Positions 1 to 10,049 are shown, counted from the stretch's first letter. The stretch is 53,091 nt of DNA from an uncultured Rhodospirillaceae bacterium (GCA_964479475.1 CAYZMI010000005.1:11819-64909), one strand, 5' to 3'. Notes: a model not told the origin generated them from the letters alone. Numbers and translations are program-made.

Positions 1-174
1 ACCGGCAATGATGCCGATACGCTGGCACTCATCAATCAATTACTCAAACGTAATGGCAACTCGGATGAATTTCGAAAAGAATTGGAAGAGTACAGGAAAG
101 AAATTGACGATGGCGAGTTCGAGAATAGCGACCACCAATACATACGTGCACTGCACCACCGACTAATGAAATGA
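1..174 (+). CDS. 3' end of an unidentified protein-coding gene (5' part outside window)
   Basis: Frame 1 is open from the window edge to TGA at 172..174. It translates to TGNDADTLALINQLLKRNGNSDEFRKELEEYRKEIDDGEFENSDHQYIRALHHRLMK, a charged helical tail. It is absent from the ORF track because it is under 60 aa and has no start in the window. Confidence 0.35.
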   Translation, partial: TGNDADTLALINQLLKRNGNSDEFRKELEEYRKEIDDGEFENSDHQYIRALHHRLMK

Positions 175-490
175 GGAGTGGTGTCGATGGGGTCAGAAGT
201 TAGAAGTTCGGAAAATGGTCTGCAACGTTGATCACTTAAATTTAGATATTTAGCAAAGATAATTTGAGGGGTATGTGGGGTATGTAGTGTCGGGAAAATA
301 GTAAACTCAGTACGAATAAGCGGCCGTAGGCTCGTTGTTGGTGCCTTCTTGATTTTATCTACGTTCCAAACGATTAGCATTGCCGACGAAATCAAGGCCT
401 TAATTCATAAGCTCGAATTACTTAAGACATAGGCATCGCATAAACTTGAATACAAAAAGTTACGAGGAATGCTCGACGCGTACCTTGACA

Positions 491-886
491 CTATTCGTCC
501 ACTACGGCGATACCCTGAATTTCCACCATCATATCCGGTCTGGCGAGCCCGTCGCAGGTGATCAGTGCGCTGGCGGGCCATTTATCCTGTTCGAAATACT
601 CGGCGCGGATTTTAACAAACTCATCGCCGTTACGAGAGTCCGTAATAAAAACCGTCATCGTCACCAAGTCAGCTAAAGTGGCTTCAGCGCGATCGAGCGT
701 TAACTGAATATTCTTGAATACTTGCCGAGTTTGCGCCGCGAATTGGCCAGCGAGCGAATTACCTCCTTCATCGATGGGCGCACCATGACCTGCAACCCAA
801 AGCATCTTCCCTCCGCTTGTAATCACAAGTGGTGAAAATGACCGGTCCCGTTGCCAGGTTCCAGCAGAATGTTCTCTTTGTAACAT
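491..886 (-). CDS. RidA/YjgF/UK114-family reactive-intermediate deaminase
   Basis: The size and sequence (WVAGHGAPIDEGG...TMTVFITD...ALITCDGLARPDMMVEIQGIAV) are typical of the family. I prefer the internal ATG at 886 because GGGAGGG lies just upstream of it. The ORF track starts at 901. Confidence 0.8.
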   Translation of the reverse strand: MLQREHSAGTWQRDRSFSPLVITSGGKMLWVAGHGAPIDEGGNSLAGQFAAQTRQVFKNIQLTLDRAEATLADLVTMTVFITDSRNGDEFVKIRAEYFEQDKWPASALITCDGLARPDMMVEIQGIAVVDE

Positions 887-985
887 ATGACCCTCCCTCA
901 TAGTTGGTTAGCGCCAGCTTCAATACCCAATCCTTTATCAGGGAGCATTGGCCAAGAGATTTGGTTGGCGCACACGGAATTGTCT

Positions 986-1423
986 TTAATCCATCAAATT
1001 GCGCACCGCGTGCATACCCAGTCGATATACATTTGGTCCAAACCCGCAAATAATACCCACTGCAACGCAGGTTAATTGCGAGGGTGGCCGATCGTCGCGC
1101 TGGTATATGTTAGTCGTGTGCACCTCAATGACCGGGACCGCCATTGCACTGACGGTGGATTGTAGCACCAGAGAGGTCCGTGAAAAGGCGCTGGCGTTGA
1201 GCACAACACCTTGCGCCTTGTTATCGGCCTCCTGCAGCCAATCAATTAAGTGACCTTCATGATTGGACTGACGAAATTCAATATCGCAACCCAATTCCTT
1301 GGCCTCACTACGGCATAAATTCTCAACGTCGGAAATAGTTTGCGTACCATAGAGATTGGGTTCCCGATCACCGAGCATATTATGGTTGGCACCAAGCAGG
1401 ATATAGATTTGCGGCTTAGCCAT
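986..1423 (-). CDS. aroQ: Type II 3-dehydroquinate dehydratase
   Basis: 145 aa. NLYGTQT, FRQSNHEGHLIDWL and IEVHTTNIY match the AroQ signature regions. A GAGGAAAAAGG RBS precedes the ATG. Confidence 0.9.
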   Translation of the reverse strand: MAKPQIYILLGANHNMLGDREPNLYGTQTISDVENLCRSEAKELGCDIEFRQSNHEGHLIDWLQEADNKAQGVVLNASAFSRTSLVLQSTVSAMAVPVIEVHTTNIYQRDDRPPSQLTCVAVGIICGFGPNVYRLGMHAVRNLMD

Positions 1424-1432
1424 CCTTTTTCC

Positions 1433-2794
1433 TCAGAGATTGGGACTCAAGAGCTTTTCGACCGACAGTCCAATCCCCAGTATGCGGCGATCAGCCATGT
1501 TCTCCCCCATCAGTGTAAACCCCACCGGCGGAGTACCAGGGGCATGGCAGGGGATGGTGAGAGCGCAACGGTCCAGTAGATTGGCGACACAAGTATTACG
1601 GATAATTATAATGTGAGGATCGCGCAGTCGCTCATCGCTTCCGTAAAATTGCGCTATGGGTGGCGCTGTGATTGGCAAGGTGGGCATAATCACTGCATCA
1701 AAGGCTCCGGTAAGTAGCGCCGCCCGGGACATAAAGCCTTTACGGAATTCGAGGATCTCATAGTAGTCAGCGCCGCTGAGCTGAGCGCCACCAAGAAACC
1801 TCTCGGTAATTCGTGGGTCCATCTGACCCTGACTATGTTCAAGCCTATCACGATGGATGGAATAACCTTCCACCATTGCCGGGAAGCGAGTGCGCCCCAT
1901 TCCACCTAGCTCCGCTAGTTCCTCAAACGGAAACGTAAGGGTTCGTACGCCGGCGTCCGATAATTTTTGCACTGATTGGTGAAAAGCATCCGAAACGGTT
2001 GGTTCCAAATCATCCATAACAAGAGTATCGGGGATACCGAAACGTAACCCGTCGAGCGGTACTGGAACGGGACAATTTGGCACTTCATTAGCGAAAACAG
2101 CATCTACCAATGCACAGCATGCCACAGTGGGGGCAAGGGGGCCGACCGAATCCAGCGTCGTCGAAAGAGGAAAAATTCCATCGGTGGGTATGCGGGACTT
2201 GGTTGGTTTAAAACCAGTTAACCCACAAAATGCAGCGGGGATACGTACCGAACCGGCTGTGTCGGTTCCCAGACCAGCGGCAGCCATACCATCCGTCACA
2301 GACACTGCCGCACCGGAAGATGAGCCACCAGGAATTCGCCCGGTTTCACGGTCATAAGGGTTGAGGCAATCGCCAAAATGGGGGTTAAGTCCAAGCCCAC
2401 CGCACGCGAATTCGGTAAGATTAGTAGTTCCCATAACCACGGCGCCTGCCGACCGAAGCCGAGCTACGACAGGAGCATCCACCTGTGCCGGTGGCTCGTT
2501 ATTCCTTGTTACCGAACCGGCGTAGGTCGTCACACCAGCGATGTCGCATAAATCCTTAACCGAGACTGGAATACCGGCGATTGGCGACGGAACGACCCCC
2601 GCCGCTCGAAGGCGGTCGCTAGCGTCGGCCGCAGCGAGAGCCGCATCGCGAAATACACGTATAAAAGTGCGGGAACCTTCCCCATTCGGATCTTCAATTT
2701 TATCAAGGGCCTCTTCGGTCAGTTGGCGGCTGGTGGCGACACCATTTTCCAAATCCTGGGCTATGGCAAAAATTGGTCTCATGGCTGACCCCAT
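1433..2794 (-). CDS. Amidase-signature (AS) family amidase
   Basis: GGSSSGAAVSV and GTDTAGSVRIPA match the Ser-cisSer-Lys signature. The start is uncertain: ATG at 2794 or 2782, while the ORF track extends to 2872. The stop lies 9 nt before the aroQ start. Confidence 0.85.
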   Translation of the reverse strand: MGSAMRPIFAIAQDLENGVATSRQLTEEALDKIEDPNGEGSRTFIRVFRDAALAAADASDRLRAAGVVPSPIAGIPVSVKDLCDIAGVTTYAGSVTRNNEPPAQVDAPVVARLRSAGAVVMGTTNLTEFACGGLGLNPHFGDCLNPYDRETGRIPGGSSSGAAVSVTDGMAAAGLGTDTAGSVRIPAAFCGLTGFKPTKSRIPTDGIFPLSTTLDSVGPLAPTVACCALVDAVFANEVPNCPVPVPLDGLRFGIPDTLVMDDLEPTVSDAFHQSVQKLSDAGVRTLTFPFEELAELGGMGRTRFPAMVEGYSIHRDRLEHSQGQMDPRITERFLGGAQLSGADYYEILEFRKGFMSRAALLTGAFDAVIMPTLPITAPPIAQFYGSDERLRDPHIIIIRNTCVANLLDRCALTIPCHAPGTPPVGFTLMGENMADRRILGIGLSVEKLLSPNL

Positions 2795-2931
2795 TGTCGG
2801 TTTATCAATGTAAGAAGAATAGCCTATTCCAGTGATTGACACGACAAGAACTGTCCTTGTGTCCGCCCTCAATTACGGGCTATCTCATTAAACACCTTTG
2901 ATCTCCTAATAATTCAGTACGGGACACCACG

Positions 2932-3840
2932 GTGGTTGAACTCTGGATACCGATCACCTTATTTGCCGCGTTTATGCAGAATTTGCGATCGGCACTACAA
3001 AAACACATCAAGGGCCGGCTATCGACGGGTGGCGCCGCTTATGTTCGTTTTTGCTATGCACTACCGTTCTCGGTCCTGTTGCTTATAGGCCTGACACAAG
3101 TGGGGGATTATACGCTTCCAAAACCCAATACTTTATTCTTCTTCTATTGCTTGCTCGGTGGGATCTCGCAGATTCTGTTTACCTTTCTACTCATCTATTT
3201 ATTCTCGTTCCGGAACTTCGCAGTTGGCACCACTTATTCCAAAACTGAGGTCATTCAGGTAGCACTCCTTGGCCTCGTATTGCTGGGAGATACCATCGGG
3301 TTAATTGGCGTCTTTGGTATTTCAATAGGTGTTATCGGCGTGATGACAATGGCAGTCGCGCACACGAAAGTTACATTTAAGAACCTTGTAACCAGTCTAT
3401 TTGAACGGACCACCCTTTTGGGACTTCTCTGCGGACTATTTTTAGGTGCCTCGGTGGTCTTTTTTAGAGGTGCCACCTTGTCACTAGAAATGGGCGCGGT
3501 GTTGGAACGCGCAGCCTTCGCCCTCGCCGTTGGACTTATAATACAAACGGTTATTATGGGAGCCTATTTAAGGTTACGCGAACCCGGCCAGCTTACCGAT
3601 GTGATACGTCATTGGCGACCCGGCCTATTAGTCGGGATCGTGGGTTTTTTTGGTTCAGCGTGCTGGTTCGTAGCCTTTACCTTACAAAACGCGGCCTATG
3701 TGCGTGCTGTCGGGCAAATCGAATTGGTTTTTACGTTCATTGCCTCAATATTTATCTTTAAAGAACGAATAAAGCCTATTGAAATATATGGGATTATATT
3801 AATTCTAGTCTCTATACTTATTCTTGTATTGTATGGCTGA
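2932..3840 (+). CDS. DMT-superfamily (EamA-like) membrane transporter
   Basis: 302 aa and highly hydrophobic, with about 10 predicted TM segments in two repeated halves. GTG start. Confidence 0.7.
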   Translation: MVELWIPITLFAAFMQNLRSALQKHIKGRLSTGGAAYVRFCYALPFSVLLLIGLTQVGDYTLPKPNTLFFFYCLLGGISQILFTFLLIYLFSFRNFAVGTTYSKTEVIQVALLGLVLLGDTIGLIGVFGISIGVIGVMTMAVAHTKVTFKNLVTSLFERTTLLGLLCGLFLGASVVFFRGATLSLEMGAVLERAAFALAVGLIIQTVIMGAYLRLREPGQLTDVIRHWRPGLLVGIVGFFGSACWFVAFTLQNAAYVRAVGQIELVFTFIASIFIFKERIKPIEIYGIILILVSILILVLYG

Positions 3841-4825
3841 TCCCAAGCTGAATGATTTGGTAAAGCCGATTAAAATTGTTCCCCAGATTGTAGGTTTCTG
3901 GCGCGGTGAATTCCGCGCCTATTGTTTTCTTATCCTCGCCTTTTTGTTCATGGCTCTCAACGTAATCGTAGGGCGTGCAGTCCACACCGAAATACCGCCG
4001 TTGGGATTCTCTTTCTGGCGTTGGCTATTGGCATGTTTTTTATTCTTGCCTTTCTCCTACCACCATCTTCGCCAACAATGGCCGTTGGTAATTGAAAATT
4101 GGAAAATGTTGATTTTGATTAGCGTCGTCATGATTCCACTGGGTAACAATTTGATCTATGTAGGTTTACAAGAAACCACAGCGCTGAATGGCGGGCTTAT
4201 TCCAGTGGCGCGACCAGTAATAATACTCATGTTGTCTTGGATTTTATTTCGCGGCACCGTGACACTTTATCAGTGGCTGGGCATCTCCATCGCCATGTCA
4301 GGCGTACTGTTAGTACTTACCCGAGGCGAACCTTCAGTACTTGGAGATTTTTCGTTTAACCATGGAGATTTGTGGCTTGTGGGTGCGAGCCTTGGAATCG
4401 CAACTTATCAAGTGCTTATCGGACGGATGACTAGGGAACTGCATCCCAGAGTGCTTCTACAAATAACCATGGTGATTGGTACGCTAATGATGTTGCCACC
4501 CTATTTAATAGAAACTGCGGTTGCGCGCCCCGTAGAACTAACAGGGCCAGCACTAAGCGCAATCGTATTTTGCGCAATTTTTCCATCGATCTGTGCCGTT
4601 TATTTAATCAATGCCGGCATTAGGATCTTAGGACCAGCTCGGATGGGTATTTTTAACTATCTCCCACCATTGTTCGTCGCAGCCATCGCTGTACCGGTTC
4701 TCGGGGAAACCTTAGTTTGGTACCATCTAGCCGCTTTCGTAATCGTTACAATGGGAATTATAACGTCAATTCGGGGTGGGATGTTAAAAAATGCCTCCGT
4801 ACCCAAGAGGGAAAAGGGCAATTGA
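3833..4825 (+). CDS. DMT-superfamily (EamA-like) membrane transporter
   Basis: About 330 aa with a multi-TM duplicated-EamA architecture. The ATG at 3833 overlaps the upstream stop (ATGGCTGA). Confidence 0.7.
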   Translation: MADPKLNDLVKPIKIVPQIVGFWRGEFRAYCFLILAFLFMALNVIVGRAVHTEIPPLGFSFWRWLLACFLFLPFSYHHLRQQWPLVIENWKMLILISVVMIPLGNNLIYVGLQETTALNGGLIPVARPVIILMLSWILFRGTVTLYQWLGISIAMSGVLLVLTRGEPSVLGDFSFNHGDLWLVGASLGIATYQVLIGRMTRELHPRVLLQITMVIGTLMMLPPYLIETAVARPVELTGPALSAIVFCAIFPSICAVYLINAGIRILGPARMGIFNYLPPLFVAAIAVPVLGETLVWYHLAAFVIVTMGIITSIRGGMLKNASVPKREKGN

Positions 4826-4829
4826 TCAA

Positions 4830-5477
4830 ATGGTACGACAGGCAGACTGGTATATAGACTTCGTCTCCCCTTACCCCTATTTACAACTTCCGAAGTTTGA
4901 AGGATTTCCCAAAAACTTTAATATCCGAGTAATCCCGGTCCTATTTTCTGCACTTCTTCAACATTGGGAAAATAAAGGACCTGCAGAAATTCCCGCCAAG
5001 CGGCTTCAAACATATCGCTATTGTCACTGGCTCGCCCACAAAAGGGGGATCCCGTTCAAAACCCCGCCGCGGCATCCCTTCAACCCGATACCGTTGTTAC
5101 GATTAGCGGTTACAGTCGCAGACGACCTCCAAGCTATCAAAATTATATTTCATCATATTTGGGGTGAAGGCCAGGATGGCCAGGACCCCAGTTCGCTTGC
5201 CGCTTTAGGCCAAAAACTGGGTATCAGGGATGTTGAAAAACGGACCAGCGACCAGGCGGTGAAGGACAAATTGCGGTCTAATACAGATGCTGCCATTAAA
5301 ACCGGGGTGTTTGGCGTGCCCACTTTTGGTATTGGCAATGAATTGTTTTGGGGTGATGACGTGACCGATATGATGCTGGATTATGTAGCAAATCCTGATT
5401 TCTTCACGAGTGGCGAACTGAGCAGGCTCGCTAATCTACCAGTTGGAATGGAGCGCAAGGAGAGTCGATTAAGATAA
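4830..5477 (+). CDS. 2-hydroxychromene-2-carboxylate isomerase-like protein (DsbA fold, no CxxC)
   Basis: WYIDFVSPYPYL at the N-terminus and GVFGVPTFGIGNELFWGDD near the C-terminus are typical of HCCA-isomerase/DsbA-like proteins. I chose the internal ATG at 4830. Confidence 0.7.
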   Translation: MVRQADWYIDFVSPYPYLQLPKFEGFPKNFNIRVIPVLFSALLQHWENKGPAEIPAKRLQTYRYCHWLAHKRGIPFKTPPRHPFNPIPLLRLAVTVADDLQAIKIIFHHIWGEGQDGQDPSSLAALGQKLGIRDVEKRTSDQAVKDKLRSNTDAAIKTGVFGVPTFGIGNELFWGDDVTDMMLDYVANPDFFTSGELSRLANLPVGMERKESRLR

Positions 5478-5839
5478 TCGGCCTTTGAAGTTCGCATCAA
5501 AGTATTGGTGGTTGAATTAAATCCCGATAAGCATTTAACCCTTTAACGGCCACGTGTTCGAAATATTGCGTCGATTTTTAAAAGGCAATGACTGTGAGAC
5601 ACACGTAATGAATCGTGACTAAAAACCTAAAATTTAGTAATTGATATTCTAAATGGGTAGAAAAATTTTGTAGGTGGGGTATCAGTATTAAATTCCGTGG
5701 AGACTAGTAACAATACCTAAATTTTCGACACTGCAGATAGAGTCCTTGTTCAACAGATAGTGGACCATATGAAGTTACTGTTTTGTCCGATTCTCTTGGC
5801 CGATGCCGTTCAAGCAGGTCGAGAAAAGGGAAAATTAAT

Positions 5840-6574
5840 ATGCTGACACTTTATCACGGCGTAACATCAACCTGTTCTAAACGCGTCAGAATTACGCTCG
5901 CCGAAAAGGGAGTTGACTGGGATAGTGTTCATTTAGATCTCGCCCAACGCGAGAATCTCGATCCCCAGTACCTTAAGCTCAACCCAAATGGTGTGGTGCC
6001 AACCCTGGTTCATGACGGCCACATAATTTATGAATCCAATTTTATCATTGAATATTTAGACGATATTTTTCCCGAACCCCCGTTGCGTCCGGCAGACCCA
6101 TACGACCGCGCTCATATGAGGATTTGGATGGATCAGATTGAGCACGTGCTACATCGTAATATCAACACTGTCTCATGGATAAAACAGGGTCGCTATAGGA
6201 GATTTGACGGATTGACTGAAGAACAATTACAGGCTGTATACGACAGTCAGGCTACGGAAGAAAAGCGAGCACTCCTGAAGAAAAGGCTCAAAGAGGGGGT
6301 TTCACAAGCGGACTTAGATTTCGCCGAAGCACGCGTTGCGGAGGTTCTCGATAGGATGGAAGACCAACTACAAGACCGCCCATGGTTGTGTGGGGTCGAG
6401 CTAACCCTCGCAGATATAAGCGTTGCACCATTTATCGAACGGTTCGAGGCCAACGATATGCCCGGGCTGACCGATTGGAACAAAAGACCCAAGCTAGGCA
6501 ATTGGTGGCAACGAATAAATACGCGCCAATCATTCAAAACCGCGTTCGCCTTCCGACCACCCGAGGTAGGATAA
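5840..6574 (+). CDS. Glutathione S-transferase family protein
   Basis: MLTLYHGVTSTCSKRVRITLAEKGV...NPNGVVPTLVHDG..IYESNFIIEYL matches the GST N-terminal thioredoxin-like domain. An AAGGGAAA RBS precedes the ATG at 5840. Confidence 0.8.
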   Translation: MLTLYHGVTSTCSKRVRITLAEKGVDWDSVHLDLAQRENLDPQYLKLNPNGVVPTLVHDGHIIYESNFIIEYLDDIFPEPPLRPADPYDRAHMRIWMDQIEHVLHRNINTVSWIKQGRYRRFDGLTEEQLQAVYDSQATEEKRALLKKRLKEGVSQADLDFAEARVAEVLDRMEDQLQDRPWLCGVELTLADISVAPFIERFEANDMPGLTDWNKRPKLGNWWQRINTRQSFKTAFAFRPPEVG

Positions 6575-6575
6575 A

Positions 6576-7646
6576 TTGACACTATTCCTTACGAATGACG
6601 AAGTGGAACAGCTCGTATCTGTGGAAGACGCCATCGAAGTGTTGGAGCCAACGTTTGCAGATCTCGGCGGAGGGCGCCTATCGAGCAGGCCCCGCACACT
6701 TAATTACACCGGCCTAGGCGATGGCGAATTCTACCTATACTCCAGCATGGATGCATCCGTACCGCGTTATGGCGTCCATCTCATACGGATGACGTCAGAG
6801 CATTTGTCACGAAAAATGGTCGCTGGTTTTCCGCGCCGATTTCAGATTCCAAACCCTGCTGGGAAGTTTTCGGGTTTGATAATTATGTTCAGCATTGAAG
6901 ATCACTCACCGCTAGCATTGTTCCAGGACGCCGTACTAAACCGGACTATGATAGGCGCCACCAGCGGCATTGCCGCTAAATATATCAGTCGCGAAGACAG
7001 CGAGGTCATGGCACTATTGGGTGCGGGTTGGCTGGCTCCAACCCAAGTAATTGGCCACTGTGCTGTGCGGCCAATCCGTGAAATTCGGGTCTATGGCCCG
7101 ACCGAAGAAAATAAGATTAATTTATGCGAAAAAATGGAGGGTCGGGTTTCAGCAAAATTAATCCCTGTGAACAGCACGGAAGAAGCACTCCAGGGTGCCG
7201 ACATAATCGCTTGCGCGACAAACTCATATGAACCTGTATTCGATGGCGCCATGCTCAAACCTGGCCATTACGTGGGATCCCTACAGGTCGGGGAACTCGA
7301 CGATCTTACTCATGAGACCGCCGATACGATTACTGCGCGGGCGCGAGAGCCGGCTACTATTTGGCATATGAATTCAGGTGAGGAACCACCAGATCAGCTT
7401 TGGCTAGACCGCTGGAAACCGCACTGGAACGAAAAGCTAAAATTCTTAGGTGAGATCGTAGAGGGACTTGATCAGGCGCGCACCCGCAATGACGATATTA
7501 CGCTATACGGCGGTGTCGGCACAGGCCCCTCAAGCGGGCTGGGTTTACAATATATTCCAGCTTGGGTTGCCTACCAACGCGCTAGAGAACAGGGTGTCGG
7601 CTTCGAAATTCCCGATGAGTTGTTCCTACAGGACGCACATCCGTAA
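6576..7646 (+). CDS. Ornithine cyclodeaminase/mu-crystallin family enzyme (paralog 1 of 3)
   Basis: It has an LGAGWLAP Rossmann motif and OCD-like overall length. The N-terminus MTLFLTNDEVEQ and the C-terminal ...HP match the two paralogs at 28132..30312. That alignment supports the TTG start, which has a GAGGTAGGA RBS. Confidence 0.8.
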   Translation: MTLFLTNDEVEQLVSVEDAIEVLEPTFADLGGGRLSSRPRTLNYTGLGDGEFYLYSSMDASVPRYGVHLIRMTSEHLSRKMVAGFPRRFQIPNPAGKFSGLIIMFSIEDHSPLALFQDAVLNRTMIGATSGIAAKYISREDSEVMALLGAGWLAPTQVIGHCAVRPIREIRVYGPTEENKINLCEKMEGRVSAKLIPVNSTEEALQGADIIACATNSYEPVFDGAMLKPGHYVGSLQVGELDDLTHETADTITARAREPATIWHMNSGEEPPDQLWLDRWKPHWNEKLKFLGEIVEGLDQARTRNDDITLYGGVGTGPSSGLGLQYIPAWVAYQRAREQGVGFEIPDELFLQDAHP

Positions 7647-7652
7647 ATTTGT

Positions 7653-8183
7653 TCACCAATCCCCAAAATTAGCTTTCCAATCGTCCATGCTCTGATAGCT
7701 GGGATCAGCAATGCACTTTGACTCGCATGCCGCCAGCAACTCATCATCCGTTTGAGAAAAATCGATTGGCTGCGCGTGTGGTTGATCTATATACCAAGGT
7801 GTCGCCCAATAGATTTCGAATCGATTGCCTTCCGGATCGGCGAAATAGACGGATAGCGCCGCACCATGATCGATCGCAGCAACCCCCTGGATGCCTGCAT
7901 TTTTTACACGATCATACATCGTACGCACGTCAGCCAGACTATTGACTTTAAAAGACATCTGATTGACCGTACTTACGTTATTAGCGGGTCTCCCTTCGGC
8001 CAGTACAATGTGATGATGCTCCTCTGGATCCCTGCTAAGAAATGCCATCTCAGAACCGCGCGAAGATGTGCCCCGGTCAGTCACGGTAAAGCCCATGATA
8101 TCAACGTAAAAATCCACCATAGGCCCTATATCAACAACGTTGACGCCGATATGACCAAACTTCATCTCGGGAATGTTTGCCAT
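7653..8183 (-). CDS. VOC-superfamily protein (glyoxalase / single-domain extradiol dioxygenase-like), paralog A
   Basis: FGHIGVNV...AFLSRDPEEHHHIVL...IDHGAALSVYFADPEGNRFEIY shows a VOC beta-alpha-beta-beta-beta module with metal-ligand His/Glu positions. Confidence 0.75.
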   Translation of the reverse strand: MANIPEMKFGHIGVNVVDIGPMVDFYVDIMGFTVTDRGTSSRGSEMAFLSRDPEEHHHIVLAEGRPANNVSTVNQMSFKVNSLADVRTMYDRVKNAGIQGVAAIDHGAALSVYFADPEGNRFEIYWATPWYIDQPHAQPIDFSQTDDELLAACESKCIADPSYQSMDDWKANFGDW

Positions 8184-8311
8184 AACTTTCTCCGATGCTT
8201 GAATTCAAAGGATAGATTATCGCATACATAATGGGGGAAATAGACCTGAAGTACCAATTGCGTCAAAATTTCGTATACTTATAGTCTGCACAGATCGGAG
8301 GAGATCGGCAA

Positions 8312-9511
8312 ATGATCTCAGGATACGAACACCCAGCACTGCCAGAGACGCATTATCTCGACAATCGTATATTTACTGATGAAACCATTTTCACGCAGGA
8401 GAAAAATGACATTTTCGAAAATGTCTGGTTATTTATTTGCCATGAAAGCGAACTTAGCGAACCAGGGGATTTTCGTACGACTTCTGTTGCCGGCAAACCT
8501 ATCATCATGGTTCGCGGGTCCGATAGCGTCATCCGTGCATTTTTTAATGTGTGCCGTCATCGCGCGGCGCCTGTAGTACGAGAAGACGCGGGCAACGCAA
8601 CAGAATTTCAGTGCTTTTATCATTTATGGACTTATGATCTGGACGGGGCTTGTACTGGCATCAGCAAACCCGATGGGTATACAGCTGTCAAACTTGACCG
8701 TGATCAGCTCGGCCTCATTCCGGTTCGCTGTGATAGCATTGCCGGATTGGTGTTTGTTTGCCTTAGCCAAAGTACGGAGCCACTGGAAGACTATGTCGGA
8801 CCCATAATTGAGCCAGTTCTCGAGCCACTCGCCGCGGCGCCGCTAAAAGTGTTTCACTACAATAAGGCCGATCTAGCCGCTAATTGGAAGCTGTGGCAAG
8901 ACAACAATAGCGAGCGCTATCACAGTATGCTCCATTTCATCAATCGCAAGACCCTGCCATGGGTTACTGGGAAAACCAGCCCAATGAAGCTGCGGCTATT
9001 TGATAAAGGCCATAGCGGCTATTGGTCCGACGGCAAGGCCACTGTGGAGTACGACGCCGGCGGGTATGAAGATGCCTCGGTGGGAACGCTCCCCGGACTG
9101 CGCGACAACGAAATGCGTGTCATTAATATCTTTCCTGATCTTATGATCAATATTAGAGCAAATGTGATTCGACTCGATCGAATGGTACCTGTGGCAGCGG
9201 GTAAGACGATGGTAGAATGGCGCGGTCTTGGACTAATAGATGTACCAAAAGAAATCGAAGAGGATCGACTGCGTCATCACAATATGTTTTGGGGCCCAGC
9301 TGGCCGGAATTTAGGTGAAGATGTTATAGCGGTCGAAGCCCAATGGGCATCGATGCAAACGGATGTGGTGCGCTACAGCATCATAGCTCGGGAAGAAAAT
9401 CTCAACCCCACTGACGACGCAAATGTTCGCGCCTATTACCAGGAATGGGGTCGACGCATGGGACGGGCACCCAACGCGCCGATGAATGGCGCAATGGAGC
9501 AATCAAATTGA
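8312..9511 (+). CDS. Rieske non-heme iron ring-hydroxylating oxygenase, alpha subunit
   Basis: The Rieske motif is CRHR-x17-CFYHLW. A catalytic-domain His pair lies in ERYHSMLH. A small NTF2-like subunit gene follows. Confidence 0.9.
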   Translation: MISGYEHPALPETHYLDNRIFTDETIFTQEKNDIFENVWLFICHESELSEPGDFRTTSVAGKPIIMVRGSDSVIRAFFNVCRHRAAPVVREDAGNATEFQCFYHLWTYDLDGACTGISKPDGYTAVKLDRDQLGLIPVRCDSIAGLVFVCLSQSTEPLEDYVGPIIEPVLEPLAAAPLKVFHYNKADLAANWKLWQDNNSERYHSMLHFINRKTLPWVTGKTSPMKLRLFDKGHSGYWSDGKATVEYDAGGYEDASVGTLPGLRDNEMRVINIFPDLMINIRANVIRLDRMVPVAAGKTMVEWRGLGLIDVPKEIEEDRLRHHNMFWGPAGRNLGEDVIAVEAQWASMQTDVVRYSIIAREENLNPTDDANVRAYYQEWGRRMGRAPNAPMNGAMEQSN

Positions 9512-9984
9512 GTGTCGATGCACTATCAATTCTCGTGGAAAAAGATGCTATATTCCAACTAATCCGAACCACCGCAGCCAGACTCGATGAAGAAGCGTTG
9601 GACGGTTGGTTGGCTCTATTCGCTAATGAAGCGCGATACGAAATCAAAACCTATGGCCCGGAAATTAAGGCAGATATGTCTTGGTGGCATTCAAATCGTG
9701 ATGAACTTGAAAATATATTGTCTGAAGTCAAACAACATGTGCGCGATCCGGGGCAGCGGCTGCATTTGGTTACCCCTATCTCTATAGAGTTTTTAAACGA
9801 GCGAGCAACGTCTCTTTCGCATTTCAGCATTGTGCACACCGATACTGAAGGCAATAGCAAGATTTATGCTGCAGGCCGCTACGACGACACATTCATCAAA
9901 CAAGACAGCCAATGGCTTTATGAAAAACATTGCGTAGTACTTGATACCCGCAAACTAGAACCTTTTACACACCTACCACTTTAA
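9508..9984 (+). CDS. Ring-hydroxylating oxygenase beta subunit (NTF2/SnoaL-like)
   Basis: 158 aa if it starts at the TTG at 9508, which overlaps the alpha stop (TTGA). The sequence IRTTAARLDEEALDGWLALFANEARYEI is typical of beta subunits. The ATG at 9445 in the ORF track would add a 21-aa overlapping extension. Confidence 0.7.
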   Translation: MSVDALSILVEKDAIFQLIRTTAARLDEEALDGWLALFANEARYEIKTYGPEIKADMSWWHSNRDELENILSEVKQHVRDPGQRLHLVTPISIEFLNERATSLSHFSIVHTDTEGNSKIYAAGRYDDTFIKQDSQWLYEKHCVVLDTRKLEPFTHLPL

Positions 9985-10023
9985 GAAATTATTTAATAAA
10001 ATCCATTCGAGTCTGGACAAAAG

Positions 10024-10049
10024 CGCTGATATCTCAATTGATACCAGCG
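10024..10049. terminator. Imperfect hairpin between convergent genes (possible bidirectional terminator)
   Basis: cgctgAtatc-tcaatt-gataCcagcg forms a 10-bp stem with one mismatch. On the minus strand it is followed by CTTTTGTCC. There is no strong U-tract on the plus strand. Confidence 0.35.

Noticed and set aside
268-285. A tandem 9-mer GGGGTATGT x2, with a similar GGGGTAT at about 5670, as a repeat family or regulatory motif.
   Set aside because: There are only two tandem copies plus one partial match. That is too short and too few to distinguish from chance.
36-395. A 119-aa minus-strand ORF at the window start.
   Set aside because: Its composition is low-complexity and Ser/Pro/Leu-rich, and it has no RBS. 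It runs antisense to the better-behaved plus-strand C-terminal fragment (1..174) and into non-coding sequence.
9445-9507. An ATG at 9445 as the start of the oxygenase beta subunit.
   Set aside because: It would add a Gly/Thr-rich 21-aa extension lying wholly inside the alpha-subunit coding region. The TTG at 9508 gives the typical length of about 158 aa and a TTGA stop/start junction.
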